A stretch of 64,000 bases of DNA from Halocafeteria seosinensis (GCA_001687465.1 LVLI01000090.1:1-64000), one strand, 5' to 3'. Counted from the first letter of the stretch, positions 11,901 to 25,794 are shown. Numbers and translations are program-made. Notes: generated by a model not told the origin, from the sequence alone.

Positions 11901-14900
11901 CTAAGAAGTCTTCTGGAATTCGGAGACCGAACTTGCATGGTTCGTGTTGTAGCAAGAAGGTTCAGTTCCCCGTTCTTTGATTTTCATCGCATGCACTACG
12001 TTCAACAACATTGATCCATCTAAATCAGAAGGATAAGCTTCCGAAGGAATACAAATTCTTTGCAGAAACTCCCCACAGGTCAGATCTTTATTGATGTACG
12101 TGTGCTTGGACACGATTGAGCGAACCCGCTGATACAACAGTGTTACTAAGGCGGCGCTCCAAATTGTTCTACCATGAATTAAGAACAAGACATGCAGCCA
12201 GGTGTACTGTGAGAGAGATAAGTGTCCGAGGAAACGTAGTTCCATCCAGTACATCATCGGCAGGTATTCCGACACGTAAAATGAGTGCAGTATAGTGCGC
12301 AGAAATGGGCATGTAGACTCAAGGTAAGAAGTAGCTACATCGGCAAGTCGCATCCTCTCATCCCTGCTTGAAGGGAACTGATTCCGAAGAGTTTTCATGA
12401 AAGCCAGCTTCGTCGCCTGTGTATCCTTCACTTTGGGAATGTGCTGCTCATGAATACAAAACAACATTGAGAAGCAAGCATTCATAACGTCGTCCCAGGA
12501 GGTTGGTTTGGGGCCAGTTGACTTAGGCATTCCATACACCTGTTCTATCACCGATAGCCACACTTCCGCATTCGATTCAGGTTGTCCCTTCTGCGTTCCA
12601 GCTAGGGCACATTCAACGCGACTTGGAGAACACTTCGAAGCATCCCGGTACGTTTTGTGGAGGTCCACTCCGGAATCGGGATCGATATGTTTCAGAAGGA
12701 ACGCTGAAGCGAGCTGTAAAGACATCAGACGTTGATGGCGGCGTTGTTGGATCGAAGAAAAGTGAGTATCCCTGACCCAAAATAATGCCGCTGCTTCAAT
12801 TTTCTGGCCACTATTCCCCGGCGAGTTCAGTGCGGACGATGTATCAAGCCACGCTTTTCGGAGAATATCACAAGCCGAACTCGAATCGTCCGTGACAAGT
12901 GGTTCGAGCCGTATAATTACACTTAAGTCATTGTTTTCACGCTCGATCCTGTAACTAAGTTCACTATCTTTCAACAGCAGTCCCATATCCGATTGTATTA
13001 CACCATTTGATTTGCCTCTCCCACCATGTATGGATGCGCAAGCTAACATAGCTGCTCTGGCAATTCTTGATTGAAGCTCGACAGCGTAGCCGGAGAATGA
13101 TGTAGAGCATATTATTGATGTTTGCAGGAGCGAAGTACCCAGTTCCAAAGCGTATGGTGCAGCTATTCTCCTCGTGCTTGCTTTCCCCACAGAATTCCAA
13201 AAGAAGGGTGTAGCGTCAGACAAGAAAGCCATCTGCACCAACTTCAAGGCGATACCATCGATATCCGTTTGGTTGATTCTCCACTGCCGGCATTCCGAAG
13301 CACGAACTAGCAGGTTTCTAATTTCGCCGCTCCAAACCATAGCTGCGCCATGCAGAAACGTCTCCAATTCTCTTTCTTCGGGGAAATTAAGGACATAGCT
13401 ACCTAATAAACAGTCGAGGGTTCGAGTTACAACTGTTGTCATTACTTCCACCGTTCCTCTATCCATGCCCCATTGTTTGGAATTTAGCACGAAACAGAAG
13501 TAAGGAAAGACCTCGTTGGCTGACCGGATGAACGACTCCAAATTTTCTCGTCTCAGACGGTAACGTTCCACCAAGGAAAACATGTCAAACGTGTACTTAT
13601 CGCGTCGAAACATGGGAAATCGAAGCAGGGAGCCCATGAGCATCTTAAACGTATGCACTATATGATTTTCATTTCTCGTCGAGCTTTTCCTGTTGTTGTC
13701 TGTCCCACAACCAGACGAAAAAGGCAGCTCCGAAAGTAGATGCGAGGCGTTTTTGAAAAACGTCTGGGAGGGGCATAACTCAGAATGGTGAATGGCTGCA
13801 GCTATTAAACCACGGAGAACAGAGAGTTTCGGCGCAAACTCTGCAGCAATGTCTTTGCTCGTGCTAATCTGAATATTCAAGACACATTGCCAGAATGACT
13901 GTTCATTTGCCGCTTGACGTCCTCCCAGCATCTGATAGCCGAAATCGAACGACAATATTGTGGCTTCTGCCGAATTAATTTCCTTTGCCATAGTTTCGTG
14001 GGAGACTAATGTCCGTAGCAATGCCTCAAACTGCTGCTCGAAATTTACTGGTAGTCGCGTTAGCAGACGACAGAGTTGAATGATTGTCTGAAATGACAGA
14101 TCATGCTGTTCACTGCTTTTCATGTACTCAATGAGGAACTCTATAAAATGTTTAAAAAGTGATCCCGACAAGTATACCGCTTTTCGGGGTCCATCCCGGG
14201 GATTCGAAGTCCTTGGAGAGCATTGATCCCAAACGATTACGCTGTATAATCCATTGTAGTTTGTCAAAGGCTCCGTCTTCACTTCCATGTAAGACGTTAA
14301 ACCATGATCATGATGTAGTTCAAAATTCCACACTTTTGTTTGTTTCGGAGATGACACATCTGAATGAACACTATCTAGATCCGGTATTTCACTCTCCGCG
14401 AACACCTCGTCGATTCCAAATAAGGTGTCAAAAGGCCTACTGTTCTTCGCAGCTTCAATTAGTGCAGGATTTATACTGTGTAGCTGACAGTGCGGACTTC
14501 CGTTGGAGCATCTACACAAGATGGGGAACTTCCTATCCAGGGGGAGAGCTGTCAGCTTCTCTGTTAGTTTTACGAACAAAATCGTTGCAAACGTTACTTT
14601 GAGCTCACGGTGCTTCGAACCCGTAGGGCGCTGATTGACTGATAGTAGGTACTCTTGCAATAATGCAATCAGTCTCGTCTGAAAAGCGAAAATAGCAGCC
14701 TGTGGTGTAGCAGCAAAGGACCCGAGGAATCGCTCCAGAAATGGTGCGTGGGGAACGGTGAGTGAAGCCACTGCATGAAGAAAACAAAGTGTATACAGAT
14801 AAAGCGATACTGGTCTGAGCTAAACACTACTATTCTTTCACTTTGAAGATCGGTAAAAGCGTACCTCGCATCAGCCTTGAAATTGCATGAAAAAAGTGTT

Positions 14901-15915
14901 CCAAATATGACGCGTCTCCCCTGGTGCCGGTTTCCATAGAGATCCCTTTGCCTAACAGAAGAAATAGAAGTATTTGGTACTGAGACAAGAGCTCCTCATC
15001 CGGAAGGATTTCTTTGTCACCCAAGTCGTACAGAATTCTCGCTAACAGTCCGAAAGAGCTAGCCACTGTCTTTTCCAGGTATTCGTCTGGTGGACAGTAA
15101 GCCTTGATATTCTGCTGAACATATAAGTGTCTAACTACCCCAAGGGCAATTTCTATCGTCTGGGGAGAATTGCCGCTACAAGCTGCCGAAAACAGCGAGT
15201 AGAGCGTATCCAGAATTGCGTTATGTAATTCCAGTCGTTTGGCGTTGACGGTCTCGTGGTGTTTAGTGTAATCCTTTTTCATGGTCAATAGCGACAGCAA
15301 TTGATTGCGAATCCCCACCCAGCCGTCGGTCATGAGAATATCTCCCGGGGAGAAATTCTTGATCTTATCAAGTCCTTGTAGCTGTATCGTTGGGTTCTGG
15401 GTCTCCTGGAGCTCCAGGACAGCATCAATGAGGTCATGATAATCCGGGAGGGAGCTGAATGCCGATAGCGAGAACGTTTCCCCATAAGGTGATGCTTCCT
15501 CCTCATCATTGTCCTCCTCTCCATCTTCTTGCGGCGTGTAAGGAGCCTCGACGGCATCATTTGTGCAGGCATTATCATCGCCGGAAGGGAAACGAGGTCC
15601 TTCAGTTTGGCCTCCATTATCTCCTAAACACTCTCCTTTCTGTACAGGTTGATCTATGTCATATGACGTAAACTCCTCTTGTCCGTCTTGTAGAGTTAAT
15701 CTCTCTTCAATTGGTGCCTTATGGCCTTTGTTTGAGGCTCCCAAAGATACCCTTTCCTCCCGGGGCTGACGGCGCCGCCTTTGTTTACAAGGCTGAATCA
15801 AAGCATCAATGGTTTGCTCCAAAGATGAGGAGATTAAGTACTCCCCATGCTCTTCCGATACCACTGGCAAACACGATGATGATACCGACGCTCTAGAGCC
15901 TTGCATAGCGCTCAT
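11901..15915 (-). CDS. TBC1D32: Broad-minded (BROMI/TBC1D32)-like ciliary protein, about 1306 aa
   Basis: Exons 15915-14865 and 14770-11901 (94-bp GTACGC..TGCAG intron, phase 1). N-terminal LQGLDKIKNFSPGDILMTDGWVGIRNQL resembles BROMI ALQTLCSAPPSDVLNCENW. C-terminal YLESTCPFL...YLPMMYWMELRFLGHL....WLHVLFLIHG resembles the degenerate TBC domain. Length is similar to animal TBC1D32. Confidence 0.7.
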
Positions 15916-16998
15916 GTCCTCATAATTACGAACTAGAGCTTTAATTCCATGACAGGTGAATAATGTCGTTATGTCATTCGAGCGCCACCACCACTGTAAC
16001 CAGTGAGATTAGCAGTAACTTAACACTGCCTTTCTACTCGACGACTAGGGTCGGTGGTATACCTCAGAAACTAACAATGCCCTTATACTATTTCATTCTG
16101 AAGCCCTTGAAGTACCGTACAGGAAGTACGGTGAGAAGTTAGTTACCACCCGTGGTCCACCCCTGTCTACCAGCACTGCTAACAGTGTACAATTTTCAAA
16201 TGGTCACGATGCGTGACCATCGCGAGCGATGAGCATGGCAAAGATAGATGTATATTCCAAGACGAATCGCGATCCCCGGTTGTATGTGTAAGACCACAGC
16301 CACATTGTACTATACTCTATTCCCGGTATTGGCCACGTTCTCAGGTCAATCATATTTGCTGTGTTTGTCTAAATTTAATGCCTAACGGCATTAAACCATG
16401 GGTGAAATTATGGGATACCCATTATCACACAGACCATGGTTTCTATGATCCTCGCCAAGCAACAACATGTAGTGAACAGTCACGGTTCCGAGATCGTCAG
16501 TATTTGGACGCAATCCCCTTCAGTCACGATACAGCGATTCATATCACACATACAGTCACCAACGATAGCGACCACGTTGCCAAATGCATGATACGAGAAC
16601 ACCATAGCATTGCATGAGATAGCAATACGGGAGGTATATCTTTCGTTAGATCGCTACATCTTGCGTGCGTTGGCAGCATTGAACGCCCACCATATTTGTA
16701 CAGCCCAACCCAAGATAAGAAGGTATACCTGGTACGATATCCATAGGACGACATGCTTGCTAAGTAAAGCAGGCGGAGTAGGGCTTCTCTTCCATGAACA
16801 GACAGCACCAAGATTGTTCCTTATAAGGCAAACACCAATGGCACACTCGTCGAAGTAAAGAACTCCCAATAATTCCTTCTCAAACCTGAGACCCTAAGTA
16901 TCCATCGAACAGTCTGAGACGCTGCGTCAGTCGTTCAGATTCATATGGTATGAGTGGCAACGCGCTCAGTGAGCTATACGATCAATATACGCCTCCCT

Positions 16999-17505
16999 TC
17001 AGCTCCTCCTGTTTCCGCAGTTGTAGCAGAATTTGGCCTGCTCCAAAAATTGAGTCCCACAGTTGGGACAAAACTTTTGCACAAAAGTATCGGCGCTGCG
17101 CTTCTCCAGACTCTGGCCTCTTGCACTGGGCAATTCACCCCCATCTTTCATCCAATTTTTTGATTTGGCAGCCTTCTCTTCGTCTTCACTCCCCGAAATC
17201 GTCTTCTCCTCTTGTCGTCCCACACTTAAATACTTTTGCATCATTTGAAGTTCATCGTGCGTCTTCCTGCAATTCCAAATCCAACAATTACATTTTTCGC
17301 ATTCTCCAGGTTCACCAGCGCGTTCTTACGATATTAGACGTTGGATCTGTTCGGTATCCGCCACAGATTGGTTGTCACGAAAACTCAATCGCACATAATG
17401 CCACATATCCTGTCTGTGACGGTGCTGAGGACATCGCAAGGCCGTCCGCAAGCATTCCCTGTACAAGGACAGCACTTTCGGGCGCGTTGCTCGGTTCTGC
17501 ATCAT
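16999..17505 (-). CDS. LYR-motif (Complex1_LYR) protein with C-terminal zinc ribbon, 147 aa
   Basis: Exons 17505-17330 and 17266-16999 (63-bp intron) give KVLSLYRECLR...VRLSFRDNQSVAD.EQIQRLISKTHDELQMM, then CPNCGTQFLEQAKFCYNCG. Confidence 0.85.
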
Positions 17506-17806
17506 GTTGAAAAGTTCACTCCACAGATACTGTCGATCACTGCAAGGACCCAAAAATGTCAAAATTGAACTCACTAGAGCCTCTAGAAGCTCTGGAAGAC
17601 GGGAAATAAGGTCGGCTTGTGAAGGTCAGAAAACGCGCCCGGAGCTGCGTCCCGCGTACTTCTTCAACAAAGCCCGTATTTGTGGTGTTTCCCACAGATA
17701 TTCATGCTGCTTCACATTGGGTAAATTGTATTGTATATTCCGGCTAACTGCGTTTGGGATTGAGAAGGGTGGACCCGAGGAGACATATCTACACGTAGTT
17801 GTCAAC

Positions 17807-19271
17807 ATGCCGATTGGTATGGCTGCCCAAGGGACAAGTGCTTCACCTGGGCCTCCCTCTGGAAAAAACGACAAAAAGGTAAGAGTCTTTTTGTAGTTTC
17901 CCGCCTCTGTTAACGGCAGTGCGCTGTCACGATTTTCCGCGTACCATTGCGCACGGGACGTTTCATTAGCGTCGACCCCTACGGAGAGACTGCCAGTGTG
18001 CTTGCGCACCGTGTGGGCTGGATGGAAAGCCAAACACAGGAGCGCAATGGCGCTCTACCTTCCTTTGTGAACTTTCAGAGGGGCCCAACTTCAACTTGGC
18101 AGTGTTATACCCGAATTATTGCGTATTTAACCCTGTGCAGAAACAGTTAAAGCAGAAAACAGTTAATCATGATGATGGGTTCACGAGCACGGCTCCTGCG
18201 AGGATCCCGCTGGCTCCCCACAACGGGGCCAGCGCATCAGCCGGGACAGCGCCGCCGACCTCGGTGCGAGCCATTTCCTTTGCGGAAGAAATGAATGCCC
18301 GGTTCCGGTGCACAATGGAAGATTCCCACGCGATTATAGACGGGTACGGTTCGGATCCACTCACGGGATTCTTTGGGATTTATGATGGTCACGGTGGTCG
18401 AGGAGTGGCGGAATACTTGAGAACGCACTTACATAAAAATATCGAAGCGGAACTTCGCCGGAAAGGGTCACGAAGTGTCGAGGAATGCATAAAAGCTGCA
18501 TATTTGCTAACGGATGTTAATTGTAGTAAAACACGCGATCCTGCATCAGGAGCAACATCGATAACATGTCTTATTCGAAAATCGAAGGATCGCAAATATA
18601 TTTACACGGCCAATTGTGGTGATGCTCGTGCGGTGTTATGTCATAATAGGACCGCAGTGCGATTGTCCAAAGTAAGCAGGACCAGAAATTCGCTGTCCTT
18701 TCTATGTGCTTATGTTATGCTTTTGCACTATTCGTTGTCGTTTTCGGTTCAGGATCACAAAGCAACTGACGATACTGAGATCTCCAGAATAGAAGCGGCA
18801 AATGGGTTTGTAGTACGGCGCCGCGTGATGGGAGTCTTAGCAGTTGCCAGAAGCTTCGGGGATTATGCTTTAAAAAAATACGTTACGGCTGAACCGTTTA
18901 CAAGCACAACGAAACTAGGAGAAAAAGTGGGTCGTATCGTTTTGCTCCTTTTGCAAGCTGCTGGCGATCAATGGGTGTACACGATGATTGCAGAGTCAAT
19001 TCGTCATTATAGCCTGTGATGGGGTCTGGGATGTCTTAAGCGATCAGGAAGCGGTTAATTTTGTAAGTTATCACCTGCACGCTGGCCAATTTCAGGTCAA
19101 CATATTAATGGTTGTTTGCAGGTTCGCTCTCATATTGGAAAAGAGATAAATCAGAATGAATGGAGTGACGTCCATGCAAAACAAGCAGATTCGGCAGCGA
19201 AAGCGTTGACACGACATGCTATCAGAAAAGGGTCGACGGACAACGTAACAGCTATTGTGGTCTTTTTGTAA
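17807..19271 (+). CDS. Protein phosphatase 2C (PPM family)
   Basis: Motifs RCTMEDSH, FFGIYDGHGG, ANCGDARAVL, DHKA, GVLAVARSFGD, IIACDGVWDV and GSTDNVT. Introns at 17879-18140, 18672-18752, 18927-18993 and about 19063-19121. Stop TAA at 19269-19271. Confidence 0.93.
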
Positions 19272-19414
19272 ACTCAGGAATGGTAGTTGTTACGTAGCAA
19301 CAGGTGTGTGCATGACTCACACGAGACGACAGAGCGTCTCACTTCACAATCGAATAAACTAAAATAGTTCGTGAAATGTAGCAGTTATTATTCATTAAAA
19401 AGACACACCGACTT

Positions 19415-22400
19415 CTACTTCAGTGATGGAGCAGCTGGAGGCGACCTAGCCTGTACAGGTTTCTGCGGCAGGGGTGACGCGAAATCGGTTTCGGCTGTAC
19501 TTAGCAACGCATTAATGCGACGCTGTTTCTCTATGGTGGCACTTCTATCCTGAGACCCAGAAATATGTGAATTTTCAACATCATTGCGAAGTTGTTCCAA
19601 GCGCTGTTGACGTCGTTTCTCCCGCTCTTCATCTTCCAGCTGGAATTGGAATGGCTCTGGACGCGTTGCTTCGGATACGTCCCGATATCGCGCATTTTCA
19701 TGGAATGCTTCGTCGTATCGTCGCCTGTTATCAATAGAGCAAACCTAAATTATTATTTGTACAACACTATCAAGATCCAAACCCCCTTCCCCTTACCTAT
19801 AATCATCTTGTTTGCGTGCAGCTAGTTCCTGAAGCTCTAGATGGCGGCCTAAACCACGGACGACGACTGGTCCAGTCGGCTGTTGAGGTTGTTCTTCGTC
19901 CTCGTACTCTCGTTGAGGAACAAAGGTGCAGCTCTCTAGATCCTTGAACTCTCTCTCTCTCCTTTCTTCAGCTAATTTGGCTTCACGCTGGCTCTTCCAC
20001 TCATTTATCCTATTCATAACGGCGTTTGCATCGTCGGAAAATTTCAAGCGGAAACGCTCCTTCTTTGACCCAGACAGTACACGATCCTGCAACACACATA
20101 GGGAAAACTGTTTCATGGGAGATGAAACGGCGCACACGGGAGGGTGCAGACTTACAGGATTACTGGTAAATTGAGGTTGAAACGTATACTCTGTGGCAAA
20201 CAATTCTTCAGCCTCTTTCTGTAGCTGAGCTTTCTTCTTCTTGGACTCTTCTGCGGAACTTAACTCCTCAAAACTATGAGGTCTTCCAACGGCCTGTAAC
20301 CGGAACGGAATGGTGATCTAGGATCGCGTGAACCATCATATTTCACAATACAACATACCCTGCTCGTTTCATTTAGTTCAGGCTTAAACTTAAACTGTTT
20401 GTAATATTCGTCTTCCATGACACGGTGCCAGATTTTCTTTCTTTGTGCATCATCGTTAGCAAGGCGTTGGTACGTTTCATGGGATGATTCGACGACACGT
20501 TCTGGACGAGTATAAGAGAGGATTTCATTCGCATTACCAGTATTCGGTTTGTACGTATTGACATTCCTTTCCACATTCCTTAGTGCTTCCTTGTATTTGT
20601 TCATTTTGCGAGTTCGGTCTTCTTCTAGCTTCTTTTGGCGCTCTAAGAAATTCGCATCCTTTAACTCAGGATCAGACTGTAGAAGTTGCTCGCTGCTTTT
20701 GGCAACCTGTGGTTTGTAAGTGTAAATTTTCGCATTTTCTTCCTCCAGACTCTGTTTTCGTTGCATCAAACGGGATTCACGTTCCTTCCCAGCCGCCAAG
20801 AGTCTCGAAGTAACATCTCCTTTTCCCTGGGACGCACAAAGCGACGCGCGAATAAAGCTCACATAAGCTTACAACTTGAAAATTACAGTGCATACCTTGT
20901 ACATCTTTTCGCTCTTCTCTAGTATTTTCGGCTGGTAAGTGAGATCTGGATTGTCCTGATACTGCTTTAGACGTTGCTGATGGACACGTTCATTCTTCTC
21001 TCTCTGCATGTCTGTGATACGTTCGTGAATCGGTTTCCACTCCGCAAGATCCACAATCGCTATACTTTCAGGGTTCACATTAGGTTTGTAAGTTGTTTCG
21101 CTTTCACTTTCTCTCTCTTTCTCCTGGCGTTTCTTCTCTAACTTGGTCCTGGAGCGTACTGCCTCTTCGTACAACCGAGCTCCAGCCTTCAGGCTTGTAT
21201 CTCTTCCTGAGGGTTTTCGGTTCTCCTGATTTTCCTGTCGGTTGTTCTCAAGACTATCAGTTGACATATAGTCAGGAACGGCGCCTTTCTTGGCCGAATT
21301 GGTCTTCGGTTTAAATGTGCAAACTTGCCGCTCTTGTTGTTGCCTCTGTCGTTTCAATTGTTCTATCTTGGTCTGGCGCTCTTGCCAGTAGCGATCAAAC
21401 CGTTCATAACAATTGCTCCCTACAGACTCAACTGCCACCTGTTTCGACTTGGAATTGATCTGAGGACGGAAGGGATGATGGTTCTTGAATTGCTCCTCAG
21501 CTTCTGCTTCGAGTTCTTCCTTGCTTTTCCGTCGAAACGCCACCGAAGAATGAGGGTGTTGCTGAGCTCCGTCAGAATTCTGAGATACGAACGAAATGCG
21601 ATGACCCTTGGCTCGTCCATAGAGTTCGTTTTCCTCTTCAGAATCTGAATCCATAAAATTTTCCACTCTTCCACCTTGACTGTGAGACAGGGAATCCGTT
21701 TCCATAGTATGAGCCTGCCTGTCTAAAGGCGCGGAAGAAGAGGACGTAGCAGGAGGAGTACAGGTGTGCCTCCCATGTATATGGGGTGTAGTTTCGGGAA
21801 TAGACCTAGACGACTTCTTGCCCGACGGTTCTTCTTGCTTCCTTTCCTGTTGCTTCGCAATCCATGACGCTGTAGCTTCACGATACGTCGAAGGAGAGGT
21901 AGAGGTTGACTCTGTGACATGAGCAGGACTAGTCGCCGTTTGAGAGGAGGCTGCCGACCGGCGAGATGCATGAGCCTGGAGCAATTCCTGAACAATTTGA
22001 TCCCGTTCTTCTCGAGAAAAAGAAGTGTCCTTTTCCTCCGTGGTCGTTTCTGCAGTGGATGGGGGAGCTTGCTGACTGGTAGTTGTGGTACTATCAACTG
22101 GACTTGTATGCCCTTGTTTGTGTTCCTGACGTCTTTTCGGAACCCCTGATCTCCCTTTTGAATGCGTAGCGCGGGCATGTCGTCCGCTGTGGACACTGGG
22201 CGGTGTGTGGCTTCGTGGTGATGACTGTTTGGTGCTTGGAGATGTGCTCGGACGGGCAGCACTCGCTGAGCTTGATTGTTGCGGAGGTGATCCCAACGCC
22301 GCTTTTAGGGCGTTTTTGACAGCTTTCTCGGTTTCCTCTCTCCATTCTTCATGAGCTTTCTGCAATAATCCAAAAAACGAACAGTGTTTCTTGCCCAAGA

Positions 22401-22850
22401 CTAACAGAAACATGGGGCCATCGTAGGCTACGGCCATTGTAACACCCCAAATGGGAACAAAAGAGAACATGTCTGGTCAATAGTGGGACCACATACCCTA
22501 GTATCCACTGAGCTAGCTCCAGCTCCAGTACGATGTCTTTGGCTGCTATGAGCGTGATGATGTTGAGGAGGCCGTGCATGGCTAGAGCTAGCCGACGCTG
22601 TGCCACTGCTCGTCGAAGTATGAGTGTGCGTTTTGGCATCCTTCTTGGTACTACTCGACGATGCTGCCGACGCTTGCTCTCGACGATTAGCCTCTTGTCC
22701 TCTTCGATAGACGTCTCGGGCCAGCAATTCTTCAGCTTTCCGGATGTCTTCCTCCACTGCATTTAGCGTCGATTCGCCTGTCTGCCGTGGCGATTCTCTT
22801 CGGCCACTGCCGGCCCCTTGCTCCTCCAGCTCACGCTCGATTTGTTCCAT
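19415..22850 (-). CDS. Multi-exon coiled-coil protein with about nine repeated x-[F/Y]-x-P (mostly T-[F/Y]-x-P) motifs; function unknown, possibly microtubule-associated
   Basis: Consecutive minus-strand ORFs linked by GT-AG introns (e.g. 22496-22360). Motifs PFRPQIN, CTFKPKTN, TTYKPNVN, LTYQPKIL, YTYKPQVA, NTYKPNTG, FKFKPELN, YTFQPQFT and CTFVPQRE are separated by charged helices. Confidence 0.7.
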
Positions 22851-23320
22851 TATAGACGTCGTAGGCTCAGGTTTGCGTCCTTTTGTGCTGCGTTAACGGC
22901 CGCCAAAGTCCAACAAAACACGACAATCTTTTGTGCCACTTTACCAAAGAACGAGCAATATCATGTCATTGGCAGCTCTCTAGAACGAGACTCACATGTA
23001 CAATTCTATAACCTTTCAACCCATCGAAATGCACAGGAACTGAACCAGGTGGCTCAGCCTGAATAAAGGAAAATTGGGTTTGTGAAGTTCACGGTCATAC
23101 GGCGGTACCCTACCAGCCCATGGTCCGGCTCCCAACCGGACAATACCCGTGCCGCGGCACGGTTGTCGGGTGCAATGGTACGGCGACATTTAGACCAGGA
23201 TTTTGGCCCATTGAGAGAGAGTTTGCAAGAGTATAGTTAATGGATTGTGTCGATTATGTCTATTGTTTATCGTGGCTGATTTTTAGAAATTTAGGTATTC
23301 CGCTGGTGAGATAACTGGAT

Positions 23321-25532
23321 ATGGCGGCCGATCAAGGTCCGCCGCCACTTCAACATGATCAGGGCACTTTTACGGATTCTGGGGCTAATATCAACGCTTA
23401 CAATGCCTCCATAGGTGCCACAGCGTCAGCACCTCCTCCCGGGGATGAGTTCGAGCCTCCACCGCACACAGGGGCGCAAGGGGAAAGAGAAGTGCCGATT
23501 TATCCCGTCAAACGCATCCCATACTTTCAGCGAATGGTGCCTATATTATGTCAAAATGAGAATGGACCTTGTCCATTATTGGCCATTTGTAAGTCCATGT
23601 TGGAGTATTTGCCCTGGAGCGAACACCTGACTGACGCCGTGGCTATTGCTGCAACAGGTAATGTGCTACTGCTTCGTGGAAGTGCCAACATCAACGCGGA
23701 TATGAGCTATATTACGGAAGATGAGTTGATACAAATTGTGGCAAACAAAATTCTGGAAAGCAATACGGGGGTAAGTGCCTCATTAAATGCTTTTTGTGTG
23801 ATTCCTCGCGGAACACCATTTTGGGAGGTTTTGCAGAATGACGATCAACTGGCCATTAACCAACAACAACTTATTGATGATGCAGTTTCCAGTTTGCATA
23901 AACTAACAAGGGGTGTGGATGTCAATGTTAGCTTTACAGAGTACGTATAGCTATCTTTTAATACGCTACTAGCATTCTGGGTTCCTGAGACTAGTGTGCT
24001 ACCTCTGCAGTCCTCAAGCCTTTGAATATACACGTGAACTGACGCCGTTTGACCTCACTGGAATCAGATTGTTTCACGGGTGGCTGATTGATCCTGAGGA
24101 TAAAGAGGCTCAGAGTGTTATCAATGGTACGGAATTCGCTGTTTAGACAAACTCATACTAGTATCTTCGCACTGCTGCAATTCTACAGGCTCTTCATACA
24201 ACACACTAGTACAAACACTGGTAGATAGTTCAAGCCCTGTGAAGAAGAGGAATCCCAACTCCTCTCAGCAAGGGGGTAGAATCAAGGATTATGTGGAATC
24301 AGAAGTATCTGAGATCATAGAAAGAACTTTAAGAAGGGTCGGAGAAACTTTTGGAGGTACGTCGTTGTTCTCACCGTGCTCTCCCGTTTGGAATCAGACC
24401 TTCAGGTGACCTTTACTATGTAACACAGAAGTCAATGAAGTTACTGTCAAAGGAGAGCAGAATCAAGAAGACCATACTCTTGATCCCTCGTCAGCCTACC
24501 GGGTCTCAGTAATACGACGGTTTTTAGACGAAACAGCTACACAGCTAACGTATCATGGAATTATGAAACTTTTTGAGACGATGGAAGAACGCGAGTTAGG
24601 GATCCTTTTTAGGAATAACCATTTTAGTGTAATCTTCAAGTATTCGGGATATCTGTTCCTGCTAGTCACAGATGAGGGATATCGTGACGAGCCAGAAGTG
24701 GTGTGGGAAGTCCTAGACGAGGTATGCCTATAATCTGAGACCCTTAGAACGTTAACTGTGTGTATCGTGTACGGCTTATGTCTGATTCTATTGGCAGATT
24801 GCTGGTGACACTGTTTTTGTGAATGGGGAGTTCAAGATTCCTGCGGCAGAGCAAACAGGTGCTAGCCAAGCCGCTATAGCAAACAGCACCACCGAAGGAG
24901 CGGCGTCTACTGGTCAACAGCAAGCTGCTTCACATGGACAAACAGGGGAAAGTGGAGAAGGAACCAGTTCGACATACGATGAGTTAGTCAAGGCCCAGCT
25001 AGCGATGGAGAGGCAAGCCGGGTCCGCTGCCAATCAGCCAGCACAGGCCAACGGGGCTCCGTTAGCCCAGCATTCTCGACTGAACCAGCAGCGATTCCAC
25101 AAATCGAACAGGGAAAGATATGCCACCCAAGCTGAAAGGCTGAGGGAAGCGGTAAGTTATTGCGACGAGTAAACGTATGTATGCGGCAGGAAGAAGCTCG
25201 AATTTTCGTGTGCAGCATGAGGCCCGTCAACAAAGACAACGGACTCAAGGCCCTCCGCAAAGTTCGTCGGGCAACCGTATGCGCATTGTCCAAGATGCAG
25301 AAGGGAGGTTGCGAACTGCTTCGGGGAGATTGCTCACTGATGAAGAGTGTGCTCGTTTTTATCAGCAGATGGAGAATAGGTACGGCTAATCCGGAACCGC
25401 AGCCTGTGGTTTCCGCATCTTCCCCCATTCATTTCGTGCTTTACCTTCTTGATTTACAGCAGTCAGCGCTCGCAGCAACGTTCTGCACAACAATCTCGGA
25501 ACGACAAGAAGAAAAACTGCATTGTAATGTAG
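23321..25532 (+). CDS. MINDY1: MINDY-1/2-family K48 deubiquitinase with C-terminal CaaX
   Basis: ILCQNENGPCPLLAI(C/G)NVLLLRG with catalytic Cys; LFHGWLID; FLDETATQLTYHG; LFRNNHFSV with catalytic His; LLVTDEGY...VVWEVL. Several short introns. The last exon (after TTTACAG, ~25459) ends KKKNCIVM-TAG. Confidence 0.9.
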
Positions 25533-25794
25533 CCCGAGAATTCTGGAATTTTCCTTCATTAGTGTAAAATTTAGTGTTAGAAATGATGGGGTCTTTAGCT
25601 CGATCACTACTCTGACTATATGCAATGTTTACAACGTGCTTCCCGGTTCAATTTCTGTTAACATGCAATACTGAGATGTGCCTCGGGAAGTCTCATCTCT
25701 TGTCCCTCCCCTAAATTTTTTCCGTACGTAGCAGTGTGCATGTTGTATACACCCATGCTCTGTTGCTTCCGCGAAATTTGATAGGCCTTTTAAA

